Shown here: in pieces, positions 1 to 12,900 of the stretch | How the letters are laid out: every line of letters begins with the position of its first letter | How positions within the stretch are numbered: the first letter of the stretch is position 1 | Source: Eledone cirrhosa | Lineage: Eukaryota | Direction: 5' to 3' | DNA length: 53,445 nucleotides | NCBI GenBank assembly: GCA_964016885.1 | Contig: CAXHJY010001341.1 | Location: 1-53,445, forward strand | Made by a program: the position numbers and the translations under genes | The notes under the pieces: model-generated | Told to the model about the DNA's origin: nothing | The model's database searches: none | Seen by the model: the letters and a program-made list of their open reading frames with translations, nothing else

Positions 1-3000
1 TGTTGGTTCTGTTGTTGTTGGTAGTGTTGGTTCTGTTGTTGTTGGTAGTGTTGGTTCTGTTGTTGTTGGTAGTGTTGGTTCTGTTGTTGTTGGTAGTGTT
101 GGTTCTGTTGTTGTTGTTGGTAGTGTTGGTTCTGTTGTTGTTGGTAGTGTTGGTTCTGTTGTTGTTGTTGGTAGTGTTGGTTCTGTCGTTGTTTTTAGTG
201 TTGGTTCTGTTGTTGTTGGTAGTGTTGGTTCTGTTGTTGTTGGTAGTGTTGGTTCTGTTGTTGTTGGTAGTGTTAGTTCTGTTGTTGTTGGTAGTGTTGG
301 TTCTGCTGTTGTTGTTGATAGTGTTGGTTCTGTTGTTGTTGGTAGTGTTGGTTCTGTTGTTGTTGGTAGTGTTGGTTCTGTTGTTGTTGGTAGTGTTGGT
401 TCTGTTGTTGTTGTTGGTAGTGTTGGTTCTGTTGTTGTTGGTAGTGTAGGTTCTGTTGTTGTTGTTGGTAGTGTTGGTTCTGTTGTTGTTGGTAGTGTTG
501 GTTCTGTTGTTGTTGGTAGTGTTGGTTCTGTTGTTGTTGTTGTTGGTAGTGTTGGTTCTGTTGTTGTTGGTAGTGTTGGTTCTGTTGTTGTTGGTAGTGT
601 TGGTTCTGTTGTTGTTGGTAGTAATGGTTCTATTGTTGTTGGTAGTGTTGGTTCTGTTGTTGTTGTTGGTAGTGTTGGTTCTGTTGTTGTTGGTAGTGTT
701 GGTTCTGTTGTTGTTGTTGGTAGTGTTGGTTCTGTTGTTGTTGGTAGTGTTGGTTCTGTTGTTGTTGTTGGTAGTGTTTGTTCTGTTGTTGTAGGTAGTG
801 TTGGTTCTGTTGTTGTTGGTAGTGTAGGTTCTGTTGTTGTTGATAGTGTTGGTTCTGTTGTTGTTGGTAGTGTTGGTTCTGTTGTTGGTAGTATACGTTC
901 TGTTGTTGTTGTTGGTAGTGTTGGTTCTGTTGTTGTTGGTAGTGTAGGTTCTGTTGTTGTTGTTGGTAGTGTTGGTTCTGTTGTTGTTGGTAGTGTAGGT
1001 TCTGTTGTTGTTGGTAGGATTGGTTCTGTTGTTGTTGGTAGTGTTGGTTCTGTTGTTTGTAGTGTTGGTTCTGTTGTTGTTGGTAGTGTAGGTTCTATTG
1101 TTGTTGTTGGTAGTGTTGGTTCTGTTGTTGTTGGTAGTGTTGGCTCTGTTGTTGTTGGTAGTGTTGGTTCTGTTGTTGTTGGTAGTGTTGGTTCTGTTGT
1201 TGTTGTTGGTAGTGTTGGTTCTGTTGTTGTTGGTAGTGTAGGTTCTGTTGTTTTTGTTGGTAGTGTTGGTTCTGTTGTTGTTGGTAGTGTTGGTTCTGTT
1301 GTTGTTGGTAGTGTTGGTTCTGTTGTTGTTGTTGGTAGTGTTGGTTCGGTTGTTGTTGGTAGTGTTGGTTCTGTTGTTGTTGGTAGTGTTGGTTCTGTTG
1401 TTGTTGTTGGTAGTGTTGGTTCGGTTGTTGTTGGTAGTGTTGGTTCTGTTGTTGTTGGTAGTGTTGGTTCTGTTGTTGTTGTTGGTAGTGTTGGTTCTGT
1501 TGTTGTTGGGAGTGTTGGTTCTGTTGTTGTTGGTAGTGTAGGTTCTGTTGTTGTTGTTGGTAGTGTTGGTTCTGTTGTTGTTGGTAGTGTTGGTTCTGTT
1601 GTTGTTGTTGATAGTGTTGGTTCTGTTGTTGTTGGTAGTGTTGGTTCTGTTGTTGTTGGTAGTGTAGGTTCTGTTGTTGTTGGTAGTGTTGGTTCTGTTG
1701 TTGTTGGTAGTGTTGGTTCTGTTGTTGTTGGTAGTGCTGCCTCTGTTGTTGGTGTTGGTAGTGTTGGTTCTGTTGTTGTTGGTAGTGTTGGTTCTGTTGT
1801 TGTTGGTAGTGTTGGTTCTGTTGTTGTTGGTAGTGTTGGTTCTGTTGTTGTTGGTAGTGTAGGTTCTGTTGTTGTTGTTGGTAGTGTTGGTTCTGTTGTT
1901 GTTGGTAGTGTAGGTTCTGTTGTTGTTGTTGGTAGTGTTGGTTCTGTTGTTGTTGGTAGTGTTGGTTCTGTTGTTGTTGGTAGTGTAGGTTCTGTTGTTG
2001 TTGGTAGTGTAGGTTCTGTTGTTGTTTTTGGTAGTGTTGGTTCTGTTGTTGTTGGTAGTGTTGGTTCTGTTGTTGTTGGTAGTGTTGGTTCTGTTGTTGT
2101 TGGTAGTGTTGGTTCTGTTGTTGTTGGTAGTGTTGGTTCTGTTGTTGTTGTTGGTAGTGTTGGTTCTGTTGTTGTTGGTAGTGTTGGTTCTGTTGTTGTT
2201 GTTGGTAGTGTTGGTTCTGTCGTTGTTTTTAGTGTTGGTTCTGTTGTTGTTGGTAGTGTTGGTTCTGTTGTTGTTGGTAGTGTTGGTTCTGTTGTTGTTG
2301 GTAGTGTTGGTTCTGTTGTTGTTGGTAGTGTTGGTTCTGCTGTTGTTGTTGATAGTGTTGGTTCTGTTGTTGTTGGTAGTGTTGGTTCTGTTGTTGTTGG
2401 TAGTGTTGGTTCTGTTGTTGTTGGTAGTGTTGGTTCTGTTGTTGTTATTGGTAGTGTTGGTTCTGTTGTTGTTGGTAGTGTAGGTTCTGTTGTTGTTGTT
2501 GGTAGTGTTGGTTCTGTTGTTGTTGGTAGTGTTGGTTCTGTTGTTGTTGGTAGTGTTGGTTCTGTTGTTGTTGTTGTTGGTAGTGTTGGTTCTGTTGTTG
2601 TTGGTAGTGTTGGTTCTGTTGTTGTTGGTAGTGTTGGTTCTGTTGTTGTTGGTAGTGATGGTTCTATTGTTGTTGGTAGTGTTGGTTCTGTTGTTGTTGT
2701 TGGTAGTGTTGGTTCTGTTGTTGTTGGTAGTGTTGGTTCTGTTGTTGTTGTTGGTAGTGTTGGTTCTGTTGTTGTTGGTAGTGTTGGTTCTGTTGTTGTT
2801 GTTGGTAGTGTTTGTTCTGTTGTTGTAGGTAGTGTTGGTTCTGTTGTTGTTGGTAGTGTAGGTTCTGTTGTTGTTGATAGTGTTGGTTCTGTTGTTGTTG
2901 GTAGTGTTGGTTCTGTTGTTGGTAGCATACGTTCTGTTGTTGTTGTTGGTAGTGTTGGTTCTGTTGTTGTTGGTAGTGTAGGTTCTGTTGTTGTTGTTGG

Positions 3001-3960
3001 TAGTGTTGGTTCTGTTGTTGTTGGTAGTGTAGGTTCTGTTGTTGTTGGTAGGATTGGTTCTGTTGTTGTTGGTAGTGTTGGTTCTGTTGTTTGTAGTGTT
3101 GGTTCTGTTGTTGTTGGTAGTGTAGGTTCTATTGTTGTTGTTGGTAGTGTTGGTTCTGTTGTTGTTGGTAGTGTTGGTTCTGTTGTTGTTGGTAGTGTTG
3201 GTTCTGTTGTTGTTGGTAGTGTTGGTTCTGTTGTTGTTGGTAGTGTTGGTTCTGTTGTTGTTGTTGGTAGTGTTGGTTCTGTTGTTGTTGGTAGTGTAGG
3301 TTCTGTTGTTTTTGTTGGTAGTGTTGGTTCTGTTGTTGTTGGTAGTGTTGGTTCTGTTGTTGTTGGTAGTGTTGGTTCTGTTGTTGTTGTTGGTAGTGTT
3401 GGTTCGGTTGTTGTTGGTAGTGTTGGTTCTGTTGTTGTTGGTAGTGTTGGTTCTGTTGTTGTTGTTGGTAGTGTTGGTTCGGTTGTTGTTGGTAGTGTTG
3501 GTTCTGTTGTTGTTGGTAGTGTTGGTTCTGTTGTTGTTGTTGGTAGTGTTGGTTCTGTTGTTGTTGGGAGTGTTGGTTCTGTTGTTGTTGGTAGTGTAGG
3601 TTCTGTTGTTGTTGTTGGTAGTGTTGGTTCTGTTGTTGTTGGTAGTGTTGGTTCTGTTGTTGTTGGTAGTGTTGGTTCTGTTGTTGTTGTTGATAGTGTT
3701 GGTTCTGTTGTTGTTGGTAGTGTTGGTTCTGTTGTTGTTGGTAGTGTAGGTTCTGTTGTTGTTGGTAGTGTTGGTTCTGTTGTTGTTGGTAGTATTGGTT
3801 CTGTTGTTGTTGGTAGTGCTGCCTCTGTTGTTGGTGTTGGTAGTGTTGGTTCTGTTGTTGTTGGTAGTGTTGGTTCTGTTGTTGTTGGTAGTGTTGGTTC
3901 TGTTGTTGTTGGTAGTGTTGGTTCTGTTGTTGTTGGTAGTGTAGGTTCTGTTGTTGTTGT
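1..3960. repeat. Higher-order tandem duplication, period ~2034-2082 bp
   Basis: Rare variants recur at offset 2034 (gtcgttgttttt, c at 187/2221; tatacg/catacg at 892/2926). ORF-track pairs 456/2490, 1248/3306, 1674/3756. Boundaries approximate. Confidence 0.85.
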
Positions 3961-6900
3961 TGGTAGTGTTGGTTCTGTGGTTGCTGGTAGTGTTGGTTCT
4001 GTTGTTGTTGGTAGTGTAGGTTCTGTTGTTGTTGTTGGTAGTGTTGGTTCTGTTGTTGTTGGTAGTGTTGGTTCTGTTGTTGTTGTTGATATTTTAGGTT
4101 CTGTTGTTGTTGTTGGTAGTGTTGGTTCTATTGTTGTTTTTGGTAGTGTTGGTTCTGTTGTTGTTGGTAGTGTAGGTTCTGTGGTTGTTGGTAGTGTTGG
4201 TTCTGTGGTTGTTGGTAGTGTTGGTTCTCTTGTGGTTGGTATTGTAGGTTCTGTTGTTGTTGTTGGTAGTGTTGGTTCTGTTGTTGTTGGTAGTGTATGT
4301 TCTGTTGTTGTTGTTGTTAGTGTAGGTTCTGTTGTTGTTGGTAGTGTTGGTTCTGTTGTTGTTGGTAGTGTTGTTTCTGTTGTTGGTGGTAGTGTTGGCT
4401 CTGTTGTTGTTGTTGGTAGTGTTGGTTCTGTTGTTGTGGGTAGTGTTGGTTCTGTTGTTGTTGGTAGTGTAGGTACTGTGGCTGTTGTTGGTAGTGTTGG
4501 TTCTGTTGTTGTTGGTAGTGTTGGTTCTGTTGTTGTTGGTAGTGTAGGTTCTGTTGTTGTTGGTAGTGTTGGTTCTGTTTCTGTCGGTAGTGTAAGTTCT
4601 GTTGTTGTTGTTGGTAGTGTTGGTTCTGTTGTTGTTGGTAGTGTTGGTTCTGTTGTTGTTGTTGGTAGTGTTGGTTCTGTTGTTGTTTTTAGTGTTGGTT
4701 CTGTTGTTGTTGGTAGTGTTGGTTCTGTTGTTGTTGGTAGTGTTGGTTCTGTTGTTGTTGGTAGTGTTGGTTCTGTTGTTGTTGGTAGTGTTGGTTCTGC
4801 TGTTGTTGTTGGTAGTGTTGGTTCTGTTGTTGTTGGTAGTGTTGGTTCTGTTGTTGTTGGTAGTGTTGGTTCTGTTGTTGTTGGTAGTGTTGGTTCTGTT
4901 GTTGTTGTTGGTAGTGTTGGTTCTGTTGTTGTTGGTAGTGTAGGTTCTGTTGTTGTTGTTGGTAGTGTTGGTTCTGTTGTTGTTGGTAGTGTTGGTTCTG
5001 TTGTTGTTGGTAGTGTTGGTTCTGTTGTTGTTGTTGTTGTTGGTAGTGTTGGTTCTGTTGTTGTTGGTAGTGTTGGTTCTGTTGTTGTTGGTAGTGTTGG
5101 TTCTGTTGTTGTTGGTAGTGATGGTTCTATTGTTGTTGGTAGTGTTGGTTCTGTTGTTGTTGTTGGTAGTGTTGGTTCTGTTGTTGTTGGTAGTGTTGGT
5201 TCTGTTGTTGTTGTTGGTAGTGTTTGTTCTGTTGTTGTAGGTAGTGTTGGTTCTGTTGTTGTTGGTAGTGTAGGTTCTGTTGTTGTTGATAGTGTTGGTT
5301 CTGTTGATGTTGGTAGTGTTGGTTCTGTTGTTGGTAGTATAAGTTGTGTTGTTGTTGTTGGTAGTGTTGGTTCTGTTGTTGTTGGTAGTGTAGGTTCTGT
5401 TGTTGTTATTGGTAGTGTTGGTTCTGTTGTTGTTGGTAGTGTAGGTTCTGTTGTTGTTGGTAGGATTGGTTCTGTTGTTGTTGGTAGTGTTGGTTCTGTT
5501 GTTGGTAGTGTTGGTTCTGTTGTTGTTGGTAGTGTAGGTTCTATTGTTGTTGTTGGTAGTGTTGGTTCTGTTGTTGTTGGTAGTGTTGGTTCTGTTGTTG
5601 TTGGTAGTGTTGGTTCTGTTGTTGTTGGTAGTGTTGGTTCTGTTGTTGTTGTTTGTAGTGTTGGTTCTGTTGTTGTTGGTAGTGTAGGTTCTATTGTTGT
5701 TGTTGGTAGTGTTGGTTCTGTTGTTGTTGGTAGTGTTGGTTCTGTTGTTGTTGGTAGTGTTGGTTCTGTTGTTGTTGGTAGTGTTGGTTCTGTTGTTGTT
5801 GTTGGTAGTGTTGGTTCTGTTGTTGTTGGTAGTGTAGGTTCTGTTGTTTTTGTTGGTAGTGTTGGTTCTGTTGTTGTTGGTAGTGTTGGTTCTGTTGTTG
5901 TTGGTAGTGTTGGTTCTGTTGTTATTGTTGGTAGTGTTGGTTCGGTTGTTGTTGGTAGTGTTGGTTCTGTTGTTGTTGGTAGTGTTGGTTCTGTTGTTGT
6001 TGGTAGTGTTGGTTCTGTTGTTGTTGTTTGTAGTGTTGGTTCTGTTGTTGTTGGTAGTGTAGGTTCTATTGTTGTTGTTGGTAGAGTTGGTTCTGTTGTT
6101 GTTGGTAGTGTAGGTTCTGTTGTTGTTGGTAGTGTTGGTTCTGTTGTTGTTGTTGGTAGTGTTGGTTCGGTTGTTGTTGGTAGTGTTGGTTCTGTTGTTG
6201 TTGGTAGTGTAGGTTCTATTGTTGTTGTTGGTAGTGTTGGTTCTGTTGTTTGTAGTGTTGGTTCTGTTGTTGTTGGTAGTGTAGGTTCTATTGTTGTTGT
6301 TGGTAGTGTTGGTTCTGTGGTTGTTGGTAGTGTTGGTTCTGTTGTTGTTGGTAGTGTAGGTTCTGTTGTTGTTGTTGGTAGTGTTGGTTCTGTTGTTGTT
6401 GGTAGTGTAGGTTCTGTTGTTGTTGTTGTTAGTGTAGGTTCTGTTGTTGTTGGTAGTGTTGGTTCTGTTGTTGTTGGTAGTGTTGGTTCTGTTGTTGGTG
6501 GTAGTGTTGGCTCTGTTGTTGTTGTTGGTAGTGTTGGTTCTGTTGTTGTTGGTAGTGTTGGTTCTGTTGTTGTTGGTAGTGTAGGTTCTGTGTCTGTTGT
6601 TGGTAGTGTTGGTTCTGTTGTTGTTGGTAGTGTTGGTTCTATTGTTGTTGGTAGTGTAGGTTCTGTTGTTGTTGTTGGTAGTGTTGGTTCTGTTGTTGTT
6701 GGTAGTGTAGGTTCTGTTGTTGTTGGTAGTGTTGGTTCTGTTTCTGTCGGTAGTGTAGGTTCTGTTGTTGTTGTTGGTAGTGTTGGTTCTGTTGTTGTTG
6801 GTAGTGTTGGTTCTGTTGTTGTTGGTAGTGTAGGTTCTGTTGTTGTTGGTAGTGTAGGTTCTGTTGTTGTTTTTGGTAGTGTTGGTTCTGTTGTTGTTGG

Positions 6901-9900
6901 TAGTGTTGGTTCTGTTGTTGTTGGTAGTGTTGGTTCTGTTGTTGTTGGTAGTGTTGGTTCTGTTGTTGTTGGTAGTGTTGGTTCTGTTGTTGTTGTTGGT
7001 AGTGTTGGTTCTGTTGTTGTTGGTAGTGTTGGTTCTGTTGTTGTTGTTGGTAGTGTTGGTTCTGTTGTTGTTCTTAGTGTTGGTTCTGTTGTTGTTGGTA
7101 GTGTTGGTTCTGTTGTTGTTGGTAGTGTTGGTTCTGTTGTTGTTGGTAGTGTTGGTTCTGTTGTTGTTGGTAGTGTTGGTTCTGCTGTTGTTGTTGGTAG
7201 TGTTGGTTCTGTTGTTGTTGGTAGTGTTGGTTCTGTTGTTGTTGGTAGTGTTGGTTCTGTTGTTGTTGGTGGTGTTGGTTCTGTTGTTGTTGTTGGTAGT
7301 GTTGGTTCTGTTGTTGTTGGTAGTGTAGGTTCTGTTGTTGTTGTTGGTAGTGTTGGTTCTGTTGTTGTTGGTAGTGTTGGTTCTGTTGTTGTTGGTAGTG
7401 TTGGTTCTGTTGTTGTTGTTGTTGGTAGTATTGGTTCTGTTGTTGTTGGTAGTGTTGGTTCTGTTGTTGTTGGTAGTGTTGGTTCTGTTGTTGTTGGTAG
7501 TGATGGTTCTATTGTTGTTGGTAGTGTTGGTTCTGTTGTTGTTGTTGGTAGTGTTGGTTCTGTTGTTGTTGGTAGTGTTGTTTCTGTTGTTGTTGTTGGT
7601 AGTGTTTGTTCTGTTGTTGTAGGTAGTGTTGGTTCTGTTGTTGTTGGTAGTGTAGGTTCTGTTGTTGTTGATAGTGTTGGTTCTGTTGTTGTTGGTAGTG
7701 TTGGTTCTGTTGTTGGTAGTATACGTTGTGTTGTTGTTGTTGGTAGTGTTGGTTCTGTTGTTGTTGGTAGTGTAGGTTCTGTTGTTGTTGTTGGTAGTGT
7801 TGGTTCTGTTGTTGTTGGTAGTGTTGGTTCTGTTGTTGTTGGTAGTGTTGGTTCTGTTGTTGTTGGTAGTGTTGGTTCTGTTGTTGTTGTTGGTAGTGTT
7901 GGTTCTGTTGTTGTTGGTAGTGTAGGTTCTGTTGTTTTTGTTGGTAGTGTTGGTTCTGTTGTTGTTGGTAGTGTTGGTTCTGTTGTTGTTGGTAGTGTTG
8001 GTTCTGTTGTTGTTGTTGGTAGTGTTGGTTCGGTTGTTGTTGGTAGTGTTGGTTCTGTTGTTGTTGGTAGTGTTGGTTCTGTTGTTGTTGTTGGTAGTGT
8101 TGGTTCGGTTGTTGTTGGTAGTGTTGGTTCTGTTGTTGTTGGTAGTGTTGGTTCTGTTGTTGTTGGTAGTGTTGGTTCTGTTGTTGTTGGTAGTGTAGGT
8201 TCTGTTGTTGTTGGTAGTGTTGGTTCTGTTGTTGTTGTTGGTAGTGTTGGTTCGGTTGTTGTTGGTAGTGTTGGTTCTGTTGTTGTTGGTAGTGTTGGTT
8301 CTGTTGTTGTTGGTAGTGTTGGTTCTGTTGTTGTTGGTAGTGTAGGTTCTGTTGTTGTTGGTAGTGTTTGTTCTGTTGTTGTTGCTAGTGTTGGTCCTGT
8401 TGTTGTTGGTAGTGTAGGTTCTGTTGTTGTTGTTGGTAGTGTTGGTTCTGTTGTTGTTGGTAGTGTAGGTTCCGTTGTTGTTGATAGTGTTGGTTCTGTT
8501 GTTGTTGGTAGTGTTGGTTCTGTTGTTGGTAGTATACGTTGTGTTGTTGTTGTTGGTAGTGTTGGTTCTGTTGTTGTTGGTAGTGTAGGTTCTGTTGTTG
8601 TTGTTGGTAGTGTTGGTTCTGTTGTTGTTGGTAGTGTAGGTTCTGTTGTTGTTGGTAGTGTTGGTTCTGTTGTTGTTGGTAGTGTAGGTTCTGTTGTTTT
8701 AGTTGGTAGTGTTGGTTCTGTTGTTGTTGGTAGTGTTGGTTCTGTTGTTGTTGGTAGTGTTGGTTCTGTTGTTGTTGTTGGTAGTGTTGGTTCGGTTGTT
8801 GTTGGTAGTGTTGGTTCTGTTGTTGTTGGTAGTGTTGGTTCTGTTGTTGTTGGTAGTGTTGGTTCTGTTGTTGTTGGTAGTGTAGGTTCTGTTGTTGTTG
8901 GTAGTGTTGGTTCTGTTGTTGTTGTTGGTAGTGTTGGTGCGGTTGTTGTTGGTAGTGTTGGTTCTGTTGTTGTTGGTAGTGTTGGTTCTGTTGTTGTTGG
9001 TAGTGTCGGTTCTGTTGTTGTTGGTAGTGTTGGTTCTGTTGTTGTTGTTGGTAGTGTTGGTTCGGTTGTTGTTGGTAGTGTTGGTTCTGTTGTTGTTGGT
9101 AGTGTTGGTTCTGTTGTTGTTGGTAGTGTTGGTTCTGTTGTTGTTGGTAGTGTTGGTTCTGTTGTTGTTGGTAGTGTTGGTTCTGTTGTTGTTGTTGGTA
9201 GTGTTGGTCCGGTTGTTGTTGGTAGTGTTGGTTCTGTTGTTGTTGGTAGTGTTGGTTCTGTTGTTGTTGGTAGTGTTGGTTCTGTTGTTGTTGTTGGTAG
9301 TGTTGGTTCGGTTGTTGTTGGTAGTGTTGGTTCTGTTGTTGTTGGTAGTGTTGGTTCTGTTGTTGTTGGTAGTGTTGGTTCGGTTGTTGTTGGTAGTGTA
9401 GGTTCTGTTGTTGTTGGTAGTGTTGGTTCTGTTGTTGTTGTTGGTAGTGTTGGTTTGGTTGTTGTTGGTAGTGTTGGTTCTGTTGTTGTTGGTAGTGTTG
9501 GTTCTGTTGTTGTTGGTAGTGTCGGTTCTGTTGTTGTTGGTAGTGTTGGTTCTGTTGTTGTTGTTGGTAGTGTTGGTTCGGTTGTTGTAGGTAGTGTTGG
9601 TTCTGTTGTTGTTGGTAGTGTTGGTTCTGTTGTTGTTGGTAGTGTTGGTTCTGTTGTTGTTGGTAGTGTAGGTTCTGTTGTTGTTGGTAGTGTTGGTTCT
9701 GTTGTTGTTGTTGGTAGTGTTGGTTCGGTTGTTGTTGGTAGTGTTGGTTCTGTTGTTGTTGGTAGTGTTGGTTCTGTTGTTGTTGGTAGTGTTGGTTCTG
9801 TTGTTGTTGGTAGTGTTGGTTCTGTTGTTGTTGGTAGTGTTGGTTCTGTTGTTGTTGGTAGTGTAGGTTCTGTTGTTGTTGTTGGTAGTGTTGGTTCTGT

Positions 9901-12900
9901 TGTTGTTGGTAGTGTTGGTTCTGTTGTTGTTGGTAGTGTTGGTTCTGTTGTTGTTGTTGGTAGTGTTGGTTCGGTTGTTGTTGGTAGTGTTGGTTCTGTT
10001 GTTGTTGGTAGTGTTGGTTCTGTTGTTGTTGTTGGTAGTGTTGGTTCGGTTGTTGTTGGTAGTGTTGGTTCTGTTGTTGTTGGTAGTGTTGGTTCTGTTG
10101 TTGTTGGTAGTGTTGGTTCTGTTGTTGTTGGTAGTGTAGGTTCTGTTGTTGTTGGTAGTGTTGGTTCTGTTGTTGTTGTTGGTAGTGTTGGTTCGGTTGT
10201 TGTTGGTAGTGTTGGTTCTGTTGCTGTTGGTAGTGTTGGTTCTGTTGTTGTTGGTAGTGTTGGTTCTGTTGTTGTTGGTAGTGTAGGTTCTGTTGTTGTT
10301 GGTAGTGTTGGTTCTGTTGTTGTTGGTAGTGTTGGTCCTGTTGTTGTTGGTAGTGTAGGTTCTGTTGTTGTTGTTGGTAGTATTGGTTCTGTTGTTGTTG
10401 GTAGTGTAGGTTCTGTTGTTGTTGATAGTGTTGGTTCTGTTGTTGTTGGTAGTGTTGGTTCTGTTGTTGGTAGTATACGTTGTGTTGTTGTTGTTGGTAG
10501 TGTTGGTTCTGTTGTTGTTGGTAGTGTAGGTTCTGTTGTTGTTGTTGGTAGTGTTGGTTCTGTTGTTGTTGGTAGTGTAGGTTCTGTTGTTGTTGGTAGG
10601 ATTGGTTCTGTTGCTGTTGGTAGTGTTGGTTCTGTTGTTGGTAGTGTTGGTTCTGTTGTTGTTGGTAGTGTAGGTTCTATTGTTGTTGTTGGTAGTGTTG
10701 TTTCTGTTGTTGTTGGTAGTGTTGGTTCTGTTGTTGTTGGTAGTGTTGGTTCTGTTGTTGTTGGTAGTGTTGGTTCTGTTGTTGTTGTTGGTAGTGTTGG
10801 TTCTGTTGTTGTTGGTAGTGTAGGTTCTGTTGTTTTAGTTGGTAGTGTTGGTTCTGTTGTTGTTGGTAGTGTTGGTTCTGTTGTTGTTGGTAGTGTTGGT
10901 TCTGTTGTTGTTGTTGGTAGTGTTGGTTCGGTTGTTGTTGGTAGTGTTGGTTCTGTTGTTGTTGGTAGTGTTGGTTCTGTTGTTGTTGGTAGTGTTGGTT
11001 CTGTTGTTGTTGGTAGTGTAGGTTCTGTTGTTGTTGGTAGTGTTGGTTCTGTTGTTGTTGTTGGTAGTGTTGGTGCGGTTGTTGTTGGTAGTGTTGGTTC
11101 TGTTGTTGTTGGTAGTGTTGGTTCTGTTGTTGTTGGTAGTGTCGGTTCTGTTGTTGTTGGTAGTGTTGGTTCTGTTGTTGTTGTTGGTAGTGTTGGTTCG
11201 GTTGTTGTTGGTAGTGTTGGTTCTGTTGTTGTTGGTAGTGTTGGTTCTGTTGTTGTTGGTAGTGTTGGTTCTGTTGTTGTTGGTAGTGTTGGTTCTGTTG
11301 TTGTTGGTAGTGTTGGTTCTGTTGTTGTTGTTGGTAGTGTTGGTTCGGTTGTTGTTGGTAGTGTTGGTTCTGTTGTTGTTGGTAGTGTTGGTTCTGTTGT
11401 TGTTGGTAGTGTTGGTTCTGTTGTTGTTGTTGGTAGTGTTGGTTCGGTTGTTGTTGGTAGTGTTTGTTCTGTTGTTGTTGGTAGTGTTGGTTCTGTTGTT
11501 GTTGGTAGTGTTGGTTCGGTTGTTGTTGGTAGTGTAGGTTCTGTTGTTGTTGGTAGTGTTGGTTCTGTTGTTGTTGTTGGTAGTGTTGGTTTGGTTGTTG
11601 TTGGTAGTGTTGGTTCTGTTGTTGTTGGTAGTGTTGGTTCTGTTGTTGTTGGTAGTGTCGGTTCTGTTGTTGTTGGTAGTGTTGGTTCTGTTGTTGTTGT
11701 TGGTAGTGTTGGTTCGGTTGTTGTTGGTAGTGTTGGTTCTGTTGTTGTTGGTAGTGTTGGTTCTGTTGCTGTTGGTAGTGTTGGTTCTGTTGTTGTTGGT
11801 AGTGTAGGTTCTGTTGTTGTTGGTAGTGTTGGTTCTGTTGTTGTTGTTGGTAGTGTTGGTTCGGTTGTTGTTGGTAGTGTTGGTTCTGTTGTTGTTGGTA
11901 GTGTTGGTTCTGTTGTTGTTGGTAGTGTTGGTTCTGTTGTTGTTGGTAGTGTTGGTTCTGTTGTTGTTGGTAGTGTTGGTTCTGTTGTTGTTGGTAGTGT
12001 AGGTTCTGTTGTTGTTGTTGGTAGTGTTGGTTCTGTTGTTGTTGGTAGTGTAGGTTCTGTTGTTGTTGTTGGTAGTGTTGGTTCTTTTGTTGTTGGTAGT
12101 GTAGGTTCTGTTGTTGTTGGTAGTGTTGGTTTTGTTGTTGTTGGTAGTGTTGGTTCTGTTGTTGTTGGTAGTGTAGGTTCTGTTGTTGTTGTTGGTAGTG
12201 TTGGTTCTGTTGTTGTTGGTAGTGTAGGTTCTGTTGTTGTTGTTGGTAGTGTTGGTTCTTTTGTTGTTGGTAGTGTAGGTTCTGTTGTTGTTGGTAGTGT
12301 TGGTTCTGTTGTTGTTGGTAGTGTTGGTCCTGTTGTTGTTGGTAGTGTAGGTTCTGTTGTTGTTGTTGGTAGTGTTGGTTCTGTTGTTGTTGGTAGTGTA
12401 GGTTCTGTTGTTGTTGTTGGTAGTGTTGGTTCTTTTGTTGTTGGTAGTGTAGGTTCTGTTGTTGTTGGTAGTGTTGGTTTTGTTGTTGTTGGTAGTGTTG
12501 GTTCTGATGTTGTTGGTAATGTTGGTTCTGTTGTTGTTGGTAGTGTTGGTTCTGCTGTTGTTGTTGGTAGTGTTGGTTCTGTTGTTGTTGTTGGTAGTGT
12601 TGGTTCCGTTGTTGTTGGTAGTGTTGGTTCTGTTGTTGTTGGTAGTGTAGGTTCTGTTGTTGTTGTTGGTAGTGTTGGTTCTGTTGTTGTTTGTAGTGTT
12701 GGTTCTGTTGTTGTTGGTAGTGTTGGTTCTGTTGTTGTTGTTGGTAGTGTAGGTTCTGTTGTTGTTGGTAGTGTTGGTTCTGTTGTTGTTGGTAGTGTTG
12801 GTTCTGTTGTTGTTGGTAGTGCTGCCTCTGTTGTTGGTGTTGGTAGTGTTGGTTCTGTTGTTGTTGGTAGTGTTGGTTCTGTTGTTGTTGGTAGTGTTGG